A DNA stretch of 24,915 bases from a virus. Taxonomy: Duplodnaviria > Caudoviricetes. How positions within the stretch are numbered: the stretch's first letter is position 1; each line of letters starts with the position of its first letter. Made by a program: the position numbers and the translations under genes. The stretch covers positions 1-24,915 of IMG/VR virus record IMGVR_UViG_3300009507_000116, one strand, 5' to 3'. A model generated the notes under the pieces. That model had not been told where the DNA came from. It searched no databases and worked only from the letters and a program-made list of their open reading frames with translations. This document shows positions 24,911 through 24,915 of this stretch, one piece after another.

Positions 24911-24915
24911 ATGGC
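24911..24915 (+). CDS. Possible start of a plus-strand gene at the window edge
   Basis: TAAGGA-ATACTAAA-ATGGC: SD-like motif 8 nt before ATG. Only 5 coding nt are visible. Confidence 0.35.

Overview
The window is the packaging and morphogenesis arm of a tailed dsDNA bacteriophage with podovirus-type gene content; no tail tube, sheath or tape-measure gene is present. Nearly everything is on the minus strand. Reading from ~24150 leftwards: small terminase, a small recombinase-domain-like protein, large terminase, portal, a 77-aa gene nested in the portal 3' end, a 623-aa multidomain protein, scaffold, major capsid protein, tail adaptor, nozzle, a repeat-containing tail fibre, two small tail-associated ORFs, a holin-like gene, and a run of probable internal virion/ejection proteins that leaves the window. 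The right end (24190-24915) is non-coding. It holds two back-to-back perfect sigma70 promoters and a dense array of palindromes, probably the packaging/terminus region. The most notable observation is the 623-aa head-module protein: an ADP-ribosyltransferase-like domain joined to segments punctuated by repeated basic-A-x-G-G motifs and a lambda gpH C-terminal-like module, suggesting a processed, virion-delivered effector polyprotein. Also notable are three hairpins sharing an internal loop just upstream of the scaffold RBS, a 176-nt dual-coding overlap in the portal gene, and an RBS-sequestering hairpin at the right end. All family assignments come from motif recognition and synteny, not database searches.
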